A stretch of 64,000 bases of DNA from Octopus sinensis (Eukaryota). Numbering within the stretch: position 1 is the stretch's first letter; every line of letters starts with the position of its first letter. Below, piece by piece: positions 39,472 through 53,931 of this stretch. The translations under genes and the position numbers were made by a program. Where the stretch lies: contig NC_043007.1 in assembly GCF_006345805.1 (NCBI RefSeq), positions 35,154,001 to 35,218,000 of the forward strand. Reading direction: 5' to 3'. Below the pieces are notes generated by a model. That model made no database searches and was not told where the DNA came from. It saw only the letters and a program-made list of their open reading frames with translations.

Positions 39472-39792
39472 CTCCTGCTTCTTCTCTGCCTTACACCTTT
39501 CTTTACCCTTTTCTTTATATTTACCTTTAAATGTAATCAATAAACAGGAAATTGAATGAAATAGGCAGATGCAGCTTGTGTCTATGTTATGTCATGGCTG
39601 TTGTTATTTTTGGCTGTCGATATTGTTGTTGTTATTGTTGTTGTTGAAGTTGATGTTGTTATTGTTAAAGTTGTTATTGTTGTTGTAGTTGTTGTTGCTG
39701 CTGCTGTTGTTTACTCTTTATGACATTGAAATGACAAGGTGGTACGAATAATCTATAGGTAGAAATATTAGTCTTCTTCTTTCCTCTTCTTC

Positions 39793-39824
<32 letters not shown>

Positions 39825-40189
39825 CTTCTTCTTCTTCTTCTTCTTCTTCTTCTCTTCATTTTCTTCTTCTTCATTTTCTTCTTCTTCTTCTTCTTCTTCT
39901 TCTTCTTCTTCTTCTTCTTCTTCTCTCCTTCTCCTTTCCCCTCCTCCTCCTCCTCCTCCTTCTTCTTCTTCTTCTTCTTCTTCTTTATCATTATTTTTCT
40001 CGTATCATTGTCGTCGTCATCGTCATCATCATCATCATCATCATCATCATTATCATCATCATCATCATCATCATTACCATCATCATCATCATTACCATCA
40101 TCATCATTAGCATCATCATCATCATTAGCATCATCATCATCATCATTAGCATCATCATTACCATTAGCATCAACATCATCGTAGTCGTC

Positions 40190-40193
40190 ATTA

Positions 40194-40259
<66 letters not shown>

Positions 40260-40271
40260 TAATATTATTAA

Positions 40272-40302
<31 letters not shown>

Positions 40303-40515
40303 ATTATTATTATTATTATTATTATTATTTATTATTATTTATTATTTTATATATTAATATTATTATTTTACTATTATTATTATTATTATTATTAATATTA
40401 TTATTATTATTATATTATATTATTATTATTATTATTATTATATTATTATTATTATTATGATTAATATTTTAATATTATTATTATTATTATTATTATATTA
40501 TTCTTATTAATATTA

Positions 40516-40550
<35 letters not shown>

Positions 40551-40573
40551 TATTATTATTATTATTATTATTA

Positions 40574-40613
<40 letters not shown>

Positions 40614-40662
40614 ATTATTAATATTATTATTATTATTATATTATTATTATTAATATTATTAA

Positions 40663-40696
<34 letters not shown>

Positions 40697-40766
40697 ATTA
40701 TTATTATTATTTTATTATTATTAATATTATTATTATATTATTATATTATTATTATATTATTATTAA

Positions 40767-40801
<35 letters not shown>

Positions 40802-40920
40802 TAATATTATTATTATTATTATTTATTATTATTATTATTATATTATTATTATTATTATTTATTATTATATTATTATTATTATATTATTATTATTATTATT
40901 ATATTATTATAATATTATTA

Positions 40921-40970
<50 letters not shown>

Positions 40971-40977
40971 TATTATA

Positions 40978-41044
<67 letters not shown>

Positions 41045-41066
41045 ATTATTATTATTATTATTATTC

Positions 41067-41098
<32 letters not shown>

Positions 41099-41138
41099 AT
41101 TATTAATATTATTATTATTATTATTATTATGATTAGTA

Positions 41139-41169
<31 letters not shown>

Positions 41170-41234
41170 TATTATTATTATTATTATTATCATTATTATT
41201 ATTATTGTTATTATTAATTATTATTTTATTATTA

Positions 41235-41273
<39 letters not shown>

Positions 41274-41280
41274 TATTAAT
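40190..41280. repeat. About 1.1-kb (ATT)n microsatellite
   Basis: Directly visible; frequent single-base interruptions. Confidence 0.95.
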
Positions 41281-41883
41281 ATTATGTTGGTGTTGTTGTT
41301 GCTTTTATTGTTTTTGTTCTTGTTGCAGTGGCAGTGAATCTTTTTTTTAATAGACATATTTTCAAAAATTCTTTTTGGTTGTCACCTCAAAAGGTTATAT
41401 GCAAAATTTCTTTTGTTGTTGCAACTTTAAGATGTGTGTGTGTGTAGATAAGTGCGTGTGCGTGCGTGTGGTTGCGTCTGTATATATGTATGTGTGTATG
41501 TGTGCATGTCTGTGTGCATGTGTGTGTGTGTGTGTGTGTGTGTGTATGCGTGTGTATGTCTGTGTTTGTGATTGCGTTTGTGCGTGTACGTGTGTGCGTG
41601 CGTATGTGTGTACACGTATGTATGCGCGCGCGCGTATGTGAGTTGGTGTATCTTATTTCTTTATTGTCCACAAGGGGCTAAACAGAGAGGGGTTAAACAA
41701 GGACAAAGGGACTAAGTCGATTATATCGACCCCAGTGCATAACTGGTACTTAATTTATCGACCCCGAAAGGATGAAAGTCAAAGTCAACCTCGGCGGAAT
41801 TTGAACACAGAACATGAAGGCAGACAAAATACACACACACACACATATGTATATATATATATATATATGCACATATGTATATA

Positions 41884-43099
41884 CAGGGGTTGGACAAAAT
41901 AATGGAAACACCTAGCATCATTGCATCATAATTTTGAAATATCTATAAAACCATCAAAAGCATTTTTATCTTTATGTTTTTTGATTTATTATTTGTGTTG
42001 CTTAATATGTTTTGCTAAAATTGCTGCTACTTTTCAGATATCATCAGAAAAAGCTAATTAAAATTCATTAAAATGACTTTCAAAGAGGTCAAATTGTTGG
42101 TGCTTGTACGGCAGGCGCTAACGTAACGAAAATGTTTGGTGTATCAAGAAGTACTGTCTCGAAAGTAGTGACAGCCTTTGAGAAAGAAGGAAAACCTCCG
42201 CGTCGAAACAAAACTTCGGAAGAAAACCACAACTTTCAGATAGGGACTCTGACGCGAATTATTAGAAAGGATCACAAAAGTACTGTAGAGCTTACTGACC
42301 ACCTCGAGAACCCAGTCTCCACAAAAACTATTCGCCAGGAGCTGCACAAAGCCGGATTTCACGGGAGCGCTGCAATCAGAAAACCACTACTTTCAAAAAC
42401 AAACTTTGTAAAGCGTTCAGAGTGGAGTAAAAACCTACAGAATTGGTCCCTATAGCAGTGGAAGAATGTTATTTTCTCGGACGAGTTATCCTTTACCTTA
42501 TTTCCGACCATCGGCTGAGTATACGTGTAGAGACAGCCAAAAGATGCATTTGATCCAGACTGCCTTCTTCCAACTGTTAAACATGGAGGAGGATCTATGA
42601 TGATCTTGAAAATCCGCCGGCCCAATGGTTTCACTTCATGGCAGAATTAATAGTCAAGACTATTTAAGTATTTTATCTGATCAAATTCATCTTACGGTTC
42701 CGGAACTATTTCCGGAGAGAAAGGCAATCTTTCAGGATGATAATGCACCAATTCACACAGCTAAAGTTGTTACTGAATGGCACGAGGAACATTCTTGTGA
42801 AGTTGAACATCTTATCTGGCCATCACAGTCCCCAGATCTCAATATTATTGAACATTTATGGTGCATTTTAGAAAAACAAGTAAGGAGTCGATATCCTCCG
42901 CCATCATCGCTACAAGAACTGGAGACTGTTTTAGCTGAAGAATGGACAAAAATTCCTTTGGAAACAATTCAAACTTTGTACGAGTCTATACCTCATAGAA
43001 TAATTCAAGATGTAACTACTGTCAAAGGCGGTCCTACGCCATATCAGAATAAATTTGTTTGAAACTTTAAAGTGTTTCCATTATTTTGTCCAACCCCTG
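41884..43099 (+). mobile_element. Full-length Tc1-family transposon with DD36E spacing (Incomer-like), defective
   Basis: Perfect 28-bp TIRs caggggttggacaaaataatggaaacac; TA on both sides; IFSDE, FQDDNAPIH, WPSQSPDLNIIEHLW with 36 residues from the second D to E; stops and frameshifts. Confidence 0.9.
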
Positions 43100-43367
43100 T
43101 ATATATAGTCAGGGTAGATGAAGTTCTTCAGCTCTTTAGCTGCTCATCTAAGAGAAGGTATCTCCATACAAATCCTGCATCCCTATAATTATTTGACTCG
43201 TGGCAACTATTGCACCAGACCAATACAAGTTTGAAGGACCAGGGAGCTGGTTTGGCTCTGCGCAAATCTTGTCCACTATAATAATACTCATTGTGCAGAT
43301 TGTTCAGCAAACGAAGGCACCAACACCAACGCCATCGCATTTTTTTCAGATGTCCAGTGGCATGGAT

Positions 43368-43748
43368 GGAAGCACTCCGTCGGTTACGACGACGAGGGTT
43401 CCGGTTGATCCGAATTAACGGAACAGCCTGCTCGTGAAATTAACGTGTAAGTGGCTGAGCACTCCACAGACACGTGCACCCTTAACGTAGTTCTCGGGGA
43501 CATTCAGCGTGATACAGAGAGTGACAAGGCCGGCCCTTTGAAATACAGGTACAACAGAAACAGGAAGTAAGAGTGAGAGAAAGTTGTGGCGAAAGAGTAC
43601 AGCAGGGATCACCACCATCCCTTGCCGGAGCCTCGTGGAGCTTTAGGTGTTTTCGCTCAATAAACACTCACAACGCCCGGTCTGGGAATCGAAACCGCGA
43701 TCCTATGACCGCGAGTCCGCTGCCCTAACCACTGGGCCATTGCGCCTG
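43368..43748 (-). mobile_element. SINE family C
   Basis: Matches 28696-29073. Confidence 0.85.
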
Positions 43749-44451
43749 TCCAGTGGCATAGGGAAAAAGGTAATGAAGTACAGGTAGAAGATGCAACAGG
43801 AAGTCTTCAGCTTTAATTCTGAGCATTAATAGCCATAGGGCGTTGGTCGTTTTCCACAGTCTTACACTATGCAGTTGTGTCTTTCTGAGCCCTCATTCGT
43901 GGAAGCGACCGCTTAGCCGGCGAGGTGGCATCGAAAGATGCCACCGCTACGCATTTTGCCTGGCATGCTAATGATTCTGCCTGCTCTTCGCCTTCGTATT
44001 TTTAAAAATATTGATCATTGAATTGATGAATAAACCATAAACCGACACACGGAAAATTTAACAACACAAACTTCCACAACAAGAAATAAAACAGCAAAAA
44101 TACAATCAACCATTTTCATATTCTCCCTTTTATGCACACACATACACACACAGAGTTTAATCAATCTGAGACTTTTTTCATCTTTATTTTCCACCAATAA
44201 TCTATTGATATATCAAATATAGGTTTACCGTTAGCCAATAAACCAATACATACGCTAACACATACGCATATGCATCCACACAGCCCCACTCTAAAAACAG
44301 CGGTCAAATCGTTCTCAGCTCACAGCCTATGGTTTTCACACAAATTTTTTTAGACATAGGAATAACGATCATTACCTATATGACCACAGAGCGCAAGAAT
44401 AAAAAGGATGCTAGACAAAGCTAAATTAAAATGTGAGGCAGTAGACTGGCG

Positions 44452-44670
44452 GTGAGCTGGCAGAAACGTTAGCACGTCGGGCGAAATGCTTAGCGGTATT
44501 TCATCTGCCGCTACGTTCTGAGTTCAAATTCCGCCGAAGTCGACTTTACCTTTCATCCTTTCGGGGTCGATTAAATAAGTACCAGTTACGCACTGGGGTC
44601 GATATAATAGACTTAATCCGTTTGTTTGTTCTCTCTGTATTTATTCCCTTGTGGGTAGTAAAGAAATAGA
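44452..44670 (+). mobile_element. SINE family A
   Basis: Full-length copy. Confidence 0.8.
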
Positions 44671-45548
44671 TTGGCAGAATTGATAGGGAGTCGGAAATAA
44701 TATTTTACGCTATTTAGCCAGAGTTTCTTTGTTTCCGAATTCAAATCCAGTCTAGGTCAAATTTACATTTCCTTTTTTCTGGCTCAATAAATTACTTAAT
44801 CATATCAATCAATTTTTCCCACTGCTGAGTAAAGAAAGCCCTCCTACTCCTATTTCCCCCATATAATTCCCTTTCAGTTTCTACTCTGTAATTTTTGTGA
44901 AATATATAATTGATAATTTAGAGAAAAAGTATTATTAATTAAATCAACATCAGTATTTAACTGCAGTGTGGAAGGTGTTTGTAAGCCATTTAAAAAACAC
45001 ACAAAATGTTTTAAATGGCTTGCAAACACCTTCCACGCTGCAATTGTTTTCGTTCCAGCACACGATCTCAGATCAAATCACTTGCTATGCGAGTACATCT
45101 CCGTAATCTTAGTATTTAACTGGTACTTTATTTTATTATCGTTTTGTCACCGAATTCCTCGAACGATGAAATAAAGCACCAGTCAAATACAAGGTGTTGA
45201 TATGATTAGCTATTCACTCCCACCTTATTTATGGCGTTATGTGTGCATATGCTAGAAACAAATGTTCGATCTTTGTTTTATATAGCTTAATCAAAATTAG
45301 ACTTTACTTAAATAAAAGCAAAGCCTATATATTGATATATCGATATATCGTCTATTGAATTAGACAGGAACGTGTCTTTTACGAGTCTTTGCGGGTATTA
45401 CGAGGTATGCTAGAAATGGCGTCCAAATCTCTCTCATATTACAACCTATTGACTTAAATAATAATAAGAGCCTTTGGACAATACTGACACTGATATAGAA
45501 AATTTGATATCGAAGGTCGAAAAATGCTAACTCATTAAGATTAATTAA

Positions 45549-45780
45549 GGCAGCGAGCTGGCAGAAAAGTTAACACTCAGGGCGAAATGCATAGCGGTAT
45601 TTCGTCTGCCGCTACGTTCTGAGTTCAAATTCCGTCGAGGTCGACTTTGTCTTTCATCCTTTCAGGGTCGATTAAATAAGTACCAGTTACGCACTGGGGT
45701 CGATATAATCGACTTAATCCGTTTGTCTGTCCTTGTTTGTCCCATCTGTGTGTAGCCTCTTGTGGGCACTAAAGAAATAA
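45549..45780 (+). mobile_element. SINE family A
   Basis: Full-length copy. Confidence 0.8.
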
Positions 45781-46544
45781 GATTAATTGAATATCAAATA
45801 GAGTGGGGAGCGATTAATATATTTAGTAATACGGTGACAATTCCAGGCATGCTTCGGTCTAATTAGACCTTCTTAGTAAATCAGCGAAACCGTAATTGCA
45901 GTATTTAGATATAAGAGAAGCATAACAGAGTTTTGTGGATGAGTGGCGTTTAGAACTTGAATAATTGAACGAAGGATGAGAAATATTCGGAGACATCTAC
46001 AGCAAGAAAATTCAACAGTAAAGCGGGCGGTAATGTAATCGATGTTTATAAGCCAAGAAATTTTAGTCGGTTAAAAATCATATCTTTAGTGTTGAGACCG
46101 ATCGTTATCAGAACTAGTGCATGACCCGTTCTTTGAACAGACAGAATAAATAACATCATCGAAATACTGTTACATATAAATGAAATAAAGAAAGGAAGAA
46201 AGGAACATGAGAGAAAGAAAGAAATGCAAGACAGAGAGAGAAAAAGAAAGGCAAGAAACGAAGTACACGTAAGCTGCAAAAGAAAATAAACATTTAATAA
46301 AATTAAGTATTGACCGATATATTGATATATCTATTGATATATCTATACAGGTCGTGACAAGGAAAAAGATTTTTTTCATATTATGGTGTAGCGCTAGTAA
46401 AGTTATGCAGATAACAATGGTGTTTCCATGTGGCTAATGTTTTTTCAGCAGCCATTATCTTTTAGACTAGTACCCACCGTGCGCTTGCTCTTGAAACGTT
46501 TGCCAACATTTAAAATATGGGAGGATTTTGCTGCACCTCGTATG

Positions 46545-46750
46545 TATTAGGTGGTTTCACATGAAATGTCGTATCTGAAAGGTAACAATAAAATGTTTCA
46601 GTGGTGTTAGAGAACTCATTTATTTTATCAAAGTATGATCCACGTTCATTTATGACCTTTACCCAGCGTTTCTCAATGTCATATATTCCATCTTCAAAAA
46701 AAAAAAAAAAAAATTCATCCATTGCTGTGATAAATTGTCCGAATGCTTCA
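46545..46750 (-). mobile_element. Mariner 3' fragment
   Basis: MDEFF..FEDGIYDIEKRWVKVINERGSYFDK; TIR-like ttaggtggtttcacatgaaatgtcg next to TA. Confidence 0.7.
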
Positions 46751-48165
46751 ATTACCTCTTCTCTATTTAAGAATGTTTTATTGCTTATGAAAAGCCCAAA
46801 AGCCCAAAATGCTTAGATAAGTGATGATCAGTAGGAGAGATATCAGAAAAATAGGGAGGATATTGCAAAATGTCGAAATTCAGGATTTGCAACTTTTGGA
46901 GCGTAGCTCAGAGTGTGACGACCTGCATTGTTGTAGAGAAAAATTGAGCCATCTCTATATATTAGTATACATTCTCATGCATACAAAAGAGACTGATAGA
47001 ATAAGAGACTTTATAAAAATAACCACAGGGGTTAGTTTGTTCGACTAAACCCTTCAATGTGGTGCTTCAGCATGGCTGCAGTCCAATGGCAAAAGCCATC
47101 AAAAGATAGGCGCGAAATTAGATAGACACCAGTACGCAACTGGTACTTAATTTATCGACCTCGGCCGAATTTGAACTCAGAACGTTAAAACAGACGAAAT
47201 ATCGGCGTGCTAATGTTTCTTTTCTACTCTAGGCACAAGGTCCAAAATTTTTGGGAAGGGGTCCAGTCCATTAGATCGACCCCAGTACGCAACTGGTACT
47301 TAATTTATCGACGCCAAAATGCAAAGTCGACCTCAGCAGAATTTGAACTCAGAACATAAAGACAGACGAAATAGCGCTAAGTATTTCGCCCGGCGTTGCT
47401 ATCGTTTCTGCCAGCTCGCCGCCTTACCAAAAGATAATAATTAAGACAATTATTATAATAATAATTAAGACAATAGTTTATTGAACTCCTACTCACCGCA
47501 TACATGAAAGACAAAGTTGAATGACTGGACAGGTTTTGAATGCAAAACACACACACACACACAAGAAAAAAAATTATATACGGCAAACATATTTTGTCCA
47601 ACGCGGTAATAACTCAAATATTTCAACAAACTGTTCTGAAACACACTTGCCTGGTGTGAAATAAAATGACAAAGTAAAATTGATTTAGTGTTAGAAAAAC
47701 AATACATAAATAGAATTTCACCATTTTTCATTCTTCAACAAAATGAAGACTTAAGAACCAATAAATATTCTTACAAAATGACGTAAATATGCGCAACAAT
47801 GTTGCTTCTTTTTGTTACTTTGAAACACTTATATATATATGTGTTTATATTTATGTATGAGTTATGCATGTGTGTATATCTTCATCATATAAAGAGTACT
47901 AGTTATGTAATCGAATAGTTATGCATATATATGTATACATACATACAGAGTTGTGCATATATATTTACATGTATGTTTGCATGCATGTATGTATGCATAT
48001 ATATATATATACAGGATGTGCTAAAAATCATGCACAAAATAAGTTCAATACGGTGTGGAATTTTCAAAGTGAAACACCAACTTTCCTAAAATTGAATAAA
48101 ATATATAAAATAATGATGAATGCACACGTACTTATAAATAATGACCAAAATTATTATTATTATAT

Positions 48166-48221
<56 letters not shown>

Positions 48222-48226
48222 ATAAA

Positions 48227-48279
<53 letters not shown>

Positions 48280-48281
<2 letters not shown>

Positions 48282-49882
48282 GGGATGACAAAAGAAAAGA
48301 TCCATGGTGCAAAAGAAGAATACAAGTGGGGTTAGATATGCTCTCGAAGGACATTTCTGTGTTTGACCAAAAAGGGAAGAGGGAGCTTAAAAGCGAACAC
48401 AAATACAAGGTACTGAACAGGAGATATGATATTGAAAAAAAGGGCCTGAATGTGGTAATGGATGGACTGAAACAGCTCCTAGTTGCAAAGAAAGCAAAGA
48501 ATGAAGGGTTACCACCAGAACAGGTTATTCAGAGTAGATCAGAAGAGATTCTATAAAGAAATAAATGGAGGATGTACAGATGAAAAGTTAATACCAGATA
48601 ACATTGAAAGTCAAATGTTTTGGGGTGACATCCGGAACGAAAATAAGGCGCACAAGGAGGATGCTGAATGGTTGCAGGAACTGAAATAAACAGTAGTCTG
48701 TCCACAACAGAGAGAACTATTCATCTCAGTTAGGGAAGTGAAGGAAATCAGCAAAAAAAAAAAAAATGGGCAACTGGAAGGTTCCGGGACCAGATGGATT
48801 TCAAGACTACTGGATCAAAAGATTTGGTGAATAGCATGCACGAATAGCTGCACAACCCAACACTTTGTTAAATGCCGACCAAGTAACGCCAGAGTTGTTG
48901 ACAATGGATAGGACAGTGCAGTGCTTGAAAAATATCGAAAAAGGCAATACGGAAGACAATTACAGGCCGATATCCTCCTTATCACTATGTGGAAATTATT
49001 GATTTGAAGAGTCGCAGAGTCAATGTGCGGACATCTGGAAAAAAATGGAGTCTTGCCACATGAGCAGAAAGGTTGCAAGCGTAAGTGCAGAGGTACCAAG
49101 GATCAACTCCTGGTAGACAAAACTGCACTTAGAGACTGCAGTAGGAGGAGAAATAACTTAGCCATGTCATGGGTCAATTATCGTAAGGCGTACGATATGA
49201 TCCTGCATTCTTGAATTATGGAATGTATGAACCTATTTGGTACTACATCGAATGTGGAGCGATTGCTTGGGAAAAGTATGGCGAATTGGAGGACGGACCT
49301 GACAGCATATGGAAGAAGTTTAGGGACAATAGAAATCAGGAGAAGCATATTCTAAAGGGATTGCCTGTCCCACTGTTTTTTGTACTCTGTACGATACCAC
49401 TAACACTGACTTTGAGGAAAGCAAAAGCTGTGTATGTATTCAAAAGCCGCCAACAAAAAGTTAACCACTTGTTATTCATGGATGACCTCAAACTTTATGG
49501 TAAAGATGAATCCGAAGTCAGTTCCCGCGTTCACACGGTGTATACTTTCGGTACTGATAACAGAATGCAATTCGGACTGAAATGTGTGGTGTGTTAGTCT
49601 TGAAGAGAGGTAAAATCAAATATATGGACAGGCTAGCGATACCGTCGGGGGAGGTTATGAAACATATAGAAAACACGTGCTATAAGTACTTGGTCGCACT
49701 GAATCATAAAGAAACGGAGAAACTTTCAAAATACAAAGATTTGGATATAGAGGTAACTCGAATGTGGAATTTAAAAACAGAAACAATTCCTATCATAGTA
49801 GGCACATTAGGTATGATAAAAAAACATTCAGACAAATACATAACAAAATTACCAGGACTAACAAGTATATATAACATACAGA

Positions 49883-49885
<3 letters not shown>
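48280..49885 (+). mobile_element. Dong/R4-like LINE (RT region fused to RLE tail) between (AGT)(AAT)n and (GTA)(GTT)n
   Basis: QNRLFRVDQKRFYKEING; [20 protein letters not shown]; WVNYRKAYD; NHLLFMDDLKLY; YKYL; EKLSKYKDL..IPIIVGTLG. Confidence 0.85.
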
Positions 49886-49925
<40 letters not shown>

Positions 49926-50255
49926 TGTTGTTGTTGTTGTTGTTGTTGTTATTATTATTGTTGCTGCTGTTGTTGTAAAAATTGAAACATGGGATTCAGA
50001 ACAAATATGTTTATAAGTTCCCTAAACGTAGAAACATTTTTTTTTTTGAAAGGACAAATAAATAAAATAAATAAGTATAACTAAATAATTTAAACAGAGA
50101 TTTCTGTTTGGAAAAAAAAAAAATATTGTAAAAATAAAGGTGCAAGAATTTAGAAAAAAAAAATGGAGAAGAAAGAACTAAGGAAACAAATCCAACAACG
50201 AAGAAAATGAGAATTGGCATATCATGATACTTGGAATTATTTAAATATATATATA

Positions 50256-50290
<35 letters not shown>

Positions 50291-50587
50291 ATGCGATATT
50301 CTTTTATTGTTGTGTTGAAGAAAATAAGCTTCACTGCGTTGTAAAAAGTCACTTTAAAGACCTGCATCCATTAGTTTTTAATCGAAGCCTTAAGAAAAGA
50401 AATGAGTTAATACGTATTGAAATGGCTTTTAAAACATTGTTAATTTTTTTTTTCCCATAATGAAATTTATGATAACATTTTTATGGCTGAAAATTTTTAC
50501 TGTTTTTATTCTCCATCTGCCACCTTGCATATACATATATATATATATATATAATATATATAATATATATAATATATATATATATAG

Positions 50588-50673
<86 letters not shown>

Positions 50674-50763
50674 CTATATATATATATATAATATATATAT
50701 ATATGTACATATATATATATATATTATATATATAATATATATATATATAATATATATATATTA

Positions 50764-50829
<66 letters not shown>

Positions 50830-51039
50830 GTACACACACGCACACAAACACACACACACTCACACACACACACACACACGCACATATATATATATAATAT
50901 ATATATATGTATATATATATTATATATGTGCGTGTGTGTGTGTATATAGATGTATATATTAGTGTGTGTGTAACAGTAAAGTGTTTGGATCTATTCATCA
51001 TAAATATATTTCTCCCTGTAGTTTTCGTTAGGTTTTTAT

Positions 51040-51089
<50 letters not shown>

Positions 51090-51511
51090 TATATATATGT
51101 ATATATACATATATGTAATATATATATATATACATACACACACACATATATATATACATAAAGCAACTTAAGAAGGAATGAAAACTCCAGTTAAAAAACG
51201 AATGGAAGAGGGTTCAAATATTCAACAGATAAATTAATAGATGAAACTGGTTGCCATAACTCTACGAGTCGTAGAGTTGCAAGAACCATGAGCGTAGTTT
51301 GTTTCGCGACATGAAACGAAAGATCATCCCAAATTTATCAGCATCGTTGCCAGATGTTGAAAGCAACGTTTCTTTTTCCTTACCGTCGACCTCGAAAGGA
51401 TGAAAAACAAATTGATCTAGATACGATTTGAAATGAAACCAAGACACAAAAACCGCAAAAAAATATCACAAGACTGTATTTTCGATAAATTATCGACAGT
51501 CAAAAATGGAC

Positions 51512-51593
<82 letters not shown>

Positions 51594-51600
51594 TTTTTTT

Positions 51601-51724
51601 TATTTGTAGAAGGAGCTTCTACAGAACTAGGACTGTTTCATACAAAAGAAATCATCAGGAAGCTCCTGATGATTTCATTTGAATGAAACAGTTCTAGTCC
51701 TGTAGAAGCTCCTTCTACAAAATA
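51601..51724. ncRNA. 124-bp hairpin formed by two divergent overlapping hammerhead motifs
   Basis: Minus 51612-51666: ggagcttc-CTGATGA-..-GAAACAG-tcctagtt-CTGTA-gaagctcc. Plus 51658-51712 is the mirror copy. Stem II is weak in both. Confidence 0.65.
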
Positions 51725-51795
51725 AATTAATTTACTCTGCTATGTATTGAGTACCTTATTTACTGTGGTTAACCCCGACTCAACCCGGGACCTAC

Positions 51796-51826
<31 letters not shown>

Positions 51827-51827
51827 A

Positions 51828-51889
<62 letters not shown>

Positions 51890-52290
51890 CCCATCAAACC
51901 ACCAAAATGTGCAACCCCACAAATCAAAAAGTGCAACCGACCTAACTGTGGAACTTGAATCTTCCACTTAAAGGCTCAACATACAAATTTAAGTCAGGTC
52001 AAACTTTTACCATAAAATATGACTTCACCTGTGCTTCGAAGAAATTAATCTATGTTCTCAAATGTGGAGGGTGTGATGGGGACTACATAGCTGAAACTAG
52101 CTTAACTTTGAAGAATAGACTTACGGTGCACAGTCAACGAGTCCGGGACCCACCACTAGGAAAATTTATAAACCCGAAATACCAATTCTTCCTGCTCTAT
52201 CAATGCACTGGAAACACTTCAACCCAATTCCGTATAAATAAGGAAAACATACTGATTAAAATATATAAACCACAGCTGAATATCCTTTAG
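51890..52290 (+). pseudogene. PLE Cys-linker and GIY-YIG endonuclease fragment
   Basis: KKCNRPNCGT*; FTCASKKLIYVLKCGGCDGDYIAETSLTLKNRLTVH; KENILIKIYKPQLN; homologous to the 12.4-12.85 kb region. Confidence 0.85.
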
Positions 52291-53847
52291 AAAGAAGAAA
52301 AAGCAATAAAAAGAAAAGAAAAAAGACTCAATTACTCCGCAAAAAACAACCAGGAACAACAAACGACTTTTTTAAAAAAAACTTTAGTAACAACCTTTAC
52401 CCAGGTTTCGAAACCGCAACTCCAAATCACCATACAACCACCAGTTGCCGACGTCACCTACCTATAGTCCAATTAAATTTTACAAACACCAGTTGCTGAC
52501 GTCACCTTACTCCAGACCAATCAAAACCGAACTTCAGCAAATACAACGAAACGACCCTTTATGAGAATCAACCACAGGGAAACCAACCAAGCAGAACGAC
52601 AAGCTTGACCACCAGAAAAACATCACTAGTATTTTAACGAATCAAAAATTAGATCCGCTCTAATTTTATAAATAAATCTGATTCCAAAACATACCAATAC
52701 GAGCGAAAGTGTTTACGGAAAGAGAAACTGTAAACTAAATTCCCTTCTTTTATTATTTTCATTTCTTCCTTGTTTTTTCCCTCTCAACTCAGTATAACTT
52801 GTCGATCACCACTAACATTAAATGGATTTTGTACATTCAAACAAATTGATATACAGTTTTAATATTAGTGGCTGCTATGAATATTCAAACTTGCACCTGT
52901 CCTCCTTAATTCATAATGCTAAATTTATCTGTATTGAACATGTTAATTTGTCAACATTGAAGCATTTTAATTTGTCAACATTGAAACTTTTAAAGATGTT
53001 TTTCCAATTCATAATTTTAAACTTTTACCATTGATAAACAAAAATTATTGTTGAAACTAGTTTGGTGTATTTGTAAATAAATGTATTTTAAACATTTACG
53101 AATTTTTGAAATTTAGGTGCATTTTCATATTTTTATTCACATTCTATTTGCACTTTTAGCGCTTTCTTCCGTCATTGGATTTATGAAAAAGTGGACTAAA
53201 TTTAAATTTCTTGGCGTATTTATATATGAAAAAAAAAATTGTGGGGTTTGCCAAGCAAGGGAGAAGAAAAAGGTTTGAGAAGGCGGGGTATGTAAAGAGG
53301 CGTGGATTTTGTATTGGTATGGTCAGACTTGTTTGTTTAATACTTAGTGACCTTTTAGGGTGGGGAAGGAAAAAGATTTTTTGTATCTGAATTGGTCAAG
53401 GTTATAACTGAAAAAAAAACAGATGTTTTTTACTTTCTTCAGTAAAAATTATAATAGCATTTCCATGTCTTGCTTCTTTACTCTTTTGTATTCATTAATG
53501 TGGGGAGGTAAAGAGGTGTGGTTTTGGTATAAGTGTGGCCAAACATTTGTAGTAGTCGAGGTTTTTAATCGAAAAACTAGATGCTGTTTTTAACTTTCTT
53601 CAGTAAAAATTATAATTGCATTTCCAGGTCTTGTTGGATTTATTTGATTTTGGAAGAGTAATTTTTTAGTTCATTATGCACTAACACAGCAATTATATAT
53701 ATATATATATATATAAGTTCAGCAAAATTTAGATTCAAATGAATATGGTACTTAAGTTAGATGCACCAGAATTTTGTATGGTGTTATCCATATAAATCCA
53801 TGGGGTGATTATAATCAAAATAAGCAACAAGAATAACTTCGGTAATT

Positions 53848-53931
53848 TGGTACGATCGTTTCACGCTACATCATTTTATTAAATGTTGTAAGTATTACAA
53901 CAGTTTTAGAATGTTGAGCAATCATCAGCCA
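53848..53931 (-). ncRNA. Type I hammerhead ribozyme with long stem II in a PLE-like terminus (~53713-53940)
   Basis: tgg-CTGATGA-ttgctcaacatt...aatgatgtagcgt-GAAAC-GATC-GTA-cca; about 135 bp from (TA)n. Confidence 0.75.

Noticed and set aside
53430-53615. Two CTGAAGA motifs in a short direct repeat (minus strand)
   Set aside because: No GAAA or stem II follows
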